Of a DNA stretch of 64,000 bases, positions 61,405 through 64,000 are shown in pieces (position 1 is the first letter of the stretch; the number at the start of each line of letters is the position of its first letter). The stretch lies in NCBI RefSeq assembly GCF_006345805.1, contig NC_043021.1, positions 16,058,001-16,122,000 on the forward strand, given 5' to 3'. The notes under the pieces were generated by a model, which searched no databases, was not told where the DNA came from, and saw only the letters and a program-made list of their open reading frames with translations. The position numbers and the translations under genes were made by a program. This DNA is from Octopus sinensis. Taxonomy: Eukaryota.

Positions 61405-62259
61405 GTCACATTCTCAATATTCCACTGAATCAAGGATGAGAAAGTCAAGAGGGCATTGACCTAGAAGATTGTTGTTTACAGAGAATGTTGACATAGAAGC
61501 AAGATTTTTACCACACAGCCATGCCTAACTACATGCTTCTGGATCCAGTCCCACTACGTGGCTCCTTGGACAAACATCTTCTATAGCCCTGGGCTGACCA
61601 AAGCCTTGTGAGTGGATTTCGTAGACAGAAACTGAAAGAAGCTCAAAGTGTGTGCAAGTGTGAATTCCACTCACAAAGCCTTGGTTAACTCCAGGCTGTA
61701 GTAGAACGCGACTTTTCCGAGATGCTATTCTGTGGGATTGAACCCAAAATTGCATGGTTACAAAACAAACTTCCTAACTACACAGCCTGCATATATTATA
61801 TATAATGTATGCACGTATACTCAAACTGATGTGGCAACAGCATCACTGATGCTGCTGCTGCTACTGATGATGATGATGATGGTGGTGGTGATAGTGGTGA
61901 TGGTGAGTTATTTTGTTTATAAAACTTTCTCTTCCTGCATATCATATGTAACAAGGCGGGGCAAAGAAACATTCACCTCCTTGTGTGTGTGTGTGTTATC
62001 AAATGCTGAAACCCCAGGTACTATCAGAACTGGCAGACATAATTATATCATGCCCTCCACCCCTTACTGTTGTTTATTTTTAGGATCAGCTGACATACTG
62101 TCTGACAGTTTTTTTTTCTTCCTTTTATTTTTATATATTTATATTTAGGATGCTGTAGTTATCAGCTGTACATCATCAGCTGTAGCAGCAGCGGCAGTAG
62201 TGAGAGAGCCTCTATGTGGTTATGCAACCTGCTAGAAATAGCATATAAATTTCCCTTAA

Positions 62260-62456
62260 CCCTTATGATACCAACCTGTCTAAAATTGTCCCTAAGTGTT
62301 ACAATAAAAACATCCTACTTTAAAGAGGTCTAAATTAAAATTTCATGATGATTTACCCCAAACACCAGCTTAAAAATGATAGTAAATTCTTCATCATTTT
62401 CAAAATAATTTGAAAGAAAGGCAGTGTAGTTCAACAGAAATATGGTTATAAAAAGG
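62260..62456. mobile_element. Family I-like TTAA MITE
   Basis: TTAA(62256-62259) CCCTT...AAGGG TTAA(62457-62460). Confidence 0.8.
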
Positions 62457-62703
62457 GTTAAAGCACACTTAGAGAAAAAAAAAAACTGGGAGAATGTCAA
62501 CCTTGTTCTTTTTTGTTAAGGTTCATAACAATCCGAGTTCAACTCCCATCCAGGTCAAATTACCTTATATCTGTGCTGCCAGAATAAGTTAAGTTAATGG
62601 AGTTAATGTGATTCATTAACCTCATCTTCTCAAAACTGCTGGCCTTGCACATAAATTAGACACTATTGTTGTTGTCATCATCATCTTCATCATCATCATT
62701 ATC

Positions 62704-63516
62704 AAAGCGGCAAGCTGACAGAATCGTTAGCATGCCAGATGAAATGCTTAGCGTCAGAGTTCAAATTCCGCCGAGGTCGATTTTGCCTTTCATCCTTTCG
62801 GGGTCGATGAAATAAGTACCAGTTATGCACTGGGGTCGACATAATCGACTTAATCCGTTTGTCTGTCCTTCTTTGTTCTCTCTGTGTTTAGCCCCTTGTG
62901 GGTAGTAAAGAAATAGGTATTTTGCTCGTTACTTTGTTCTGAGTTTAAATTCTGCCGAGGTTGACTTAACCTTTCATCCTTTCAGGGTCGATAAATTAAA
63001 GACCAGTCTCATACTGGGGTCAATCTACTCGACTGGCCCCCTCCCCCAAAATTTCAGGCCTTGTACCTATAGTAGAAAGGATTATTTTCATCATCAAAGC
63101 AGCAAGCTGGTAGAATTGTTAGCATGCTGGATGAAATGCTTAGCAACAATTTGTCCATCTTGACATTCTGAGTTCAAATTCTGTTGGGGTTGACTGCCTT
63201 TCATCCTTTCGGGGGTTGATAAAATAAGTACCAGTTGAACACTGGGGTCGAGGTAATCGACAAGTCCCCTCCCCCAAAATTTCAGGCCTTGTGACAAAAA
63301 TTTGAAATCATCATTACTATTATTATGAATCCTTTCAACTATAGGCACAGGGCCAGCAGTTTTTGCGGAGTGCTCAACTGGTATTTATTATATCAGCCCC
63401 AAAAGGATGGAGGGCAAAGTCGACCTTTGCAGAAGTTGAACTCAAAATGTAAAGCCAGGAGAAATGCTGCTAGACATTTTCTCTGGTGTGCTAACAATTC
63501 TGCCAGCTCACTACCT

Positions 63517-63554
<38 letters not shown>

Positions 63555-63960
63555 CCTTTCTACTATAAGCACAAGGCTGGAAATTTTGAGTGTGGTGGTG
63601 GGGGGGGGGCAGTCAATTAGATCGACCCCAGTGCATAACTGGTTCTTAATTTATCAATCCCGAAAAGATGAAAAACAAAGTCGACCTGGGTGGAATTTGA
63701 GCTCAGAACATAGTGACAGACAGAATACCTATTTCTTTACTACCCACAAGGGGCTAAACACAGAGAGGACAAACAAGGACAGACAAACAGATTAAGTTGA
63801 TTATATCGACTCCAGTGCGTAACTGGTACTTATTTAATCGACCCCGAAAGGATGAAAGGCAAAGTCGACCTCGGCGGATTTTGAACTCAGAACGTAGCGG
63901 CAGACAATATATCACTAAGCATTTCGCCCAGCATGCTAACAATTCTGCCAGGTTGTCACC
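62704..63960. mobile_element. Family B cluster: plus-strand units (62704-63310) facing minus-strand units (about 63330-63960)
   Basis: Repeated heads and cores in both orientations separated by ATT/AAT tracts. Confidence 0.85.
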
Positions 63961-64000
63961 TCAAGTAATAATAATAATAATAATAATAATTATTATTATT

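Overview
AT-rich, microsatellite-dense eukaryotic DNA with no prokaryotic features, no intact protein-coding gene and no true tRNA/rRNA gene that I can support. The repeat complement (tRNA-headed SINEs resembling the octopus OR/OK-type SINEs, TTAA MITEs, non-autonomous Helitrons, very abundant AT/CA/ATT/CT repeats) points to a cephalopod, most likely Octopus, intron or intergenic region; this is an inference. Almost all ORFs in the supplied track are translations of simple repeats or SINEs. Recognisable protein remnants are a decayed DD37D (maT) Tc1/mariner transposase (207-1180, minus) and a very old RTE-like reverse transcriptase fragment (about 43100-43760, minus). I use working labels for the recurring repeat families: A (tRNA-like head, CCTTGGGCAAGTG core, internal TA/TG tract), B (tRNA-like head, CCTTTCATCCTTTCGGGGTCGATAAA core, ATT tail, multimeric), C (tRNA-Arg-like head, two alternative tails), D (GAT-tailed, with about 65-bp palindrome-headed subrepeats), E (about 510 bp, ATT-flanked), G (short GAGATTTGGCTGCTATTTCTAGC motif) and H/I (TTAA MITEs). 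The most notable unexplained signals are: three back-to-back polypyrimidine-AG|GTRAGT sites at 6001-6112 (recursive-splice-like); an 18-nt microexon-like unit at 44650-44667 (minus); at least six long foldback structures that would be dsRNA/ADAR substrates if transcribed; an inverted repeat carrying octamer, CCAAT and CSL motifs; and several local duplications of composite SINE blocks. All exon and functional calls are hypotheses from sequence only.
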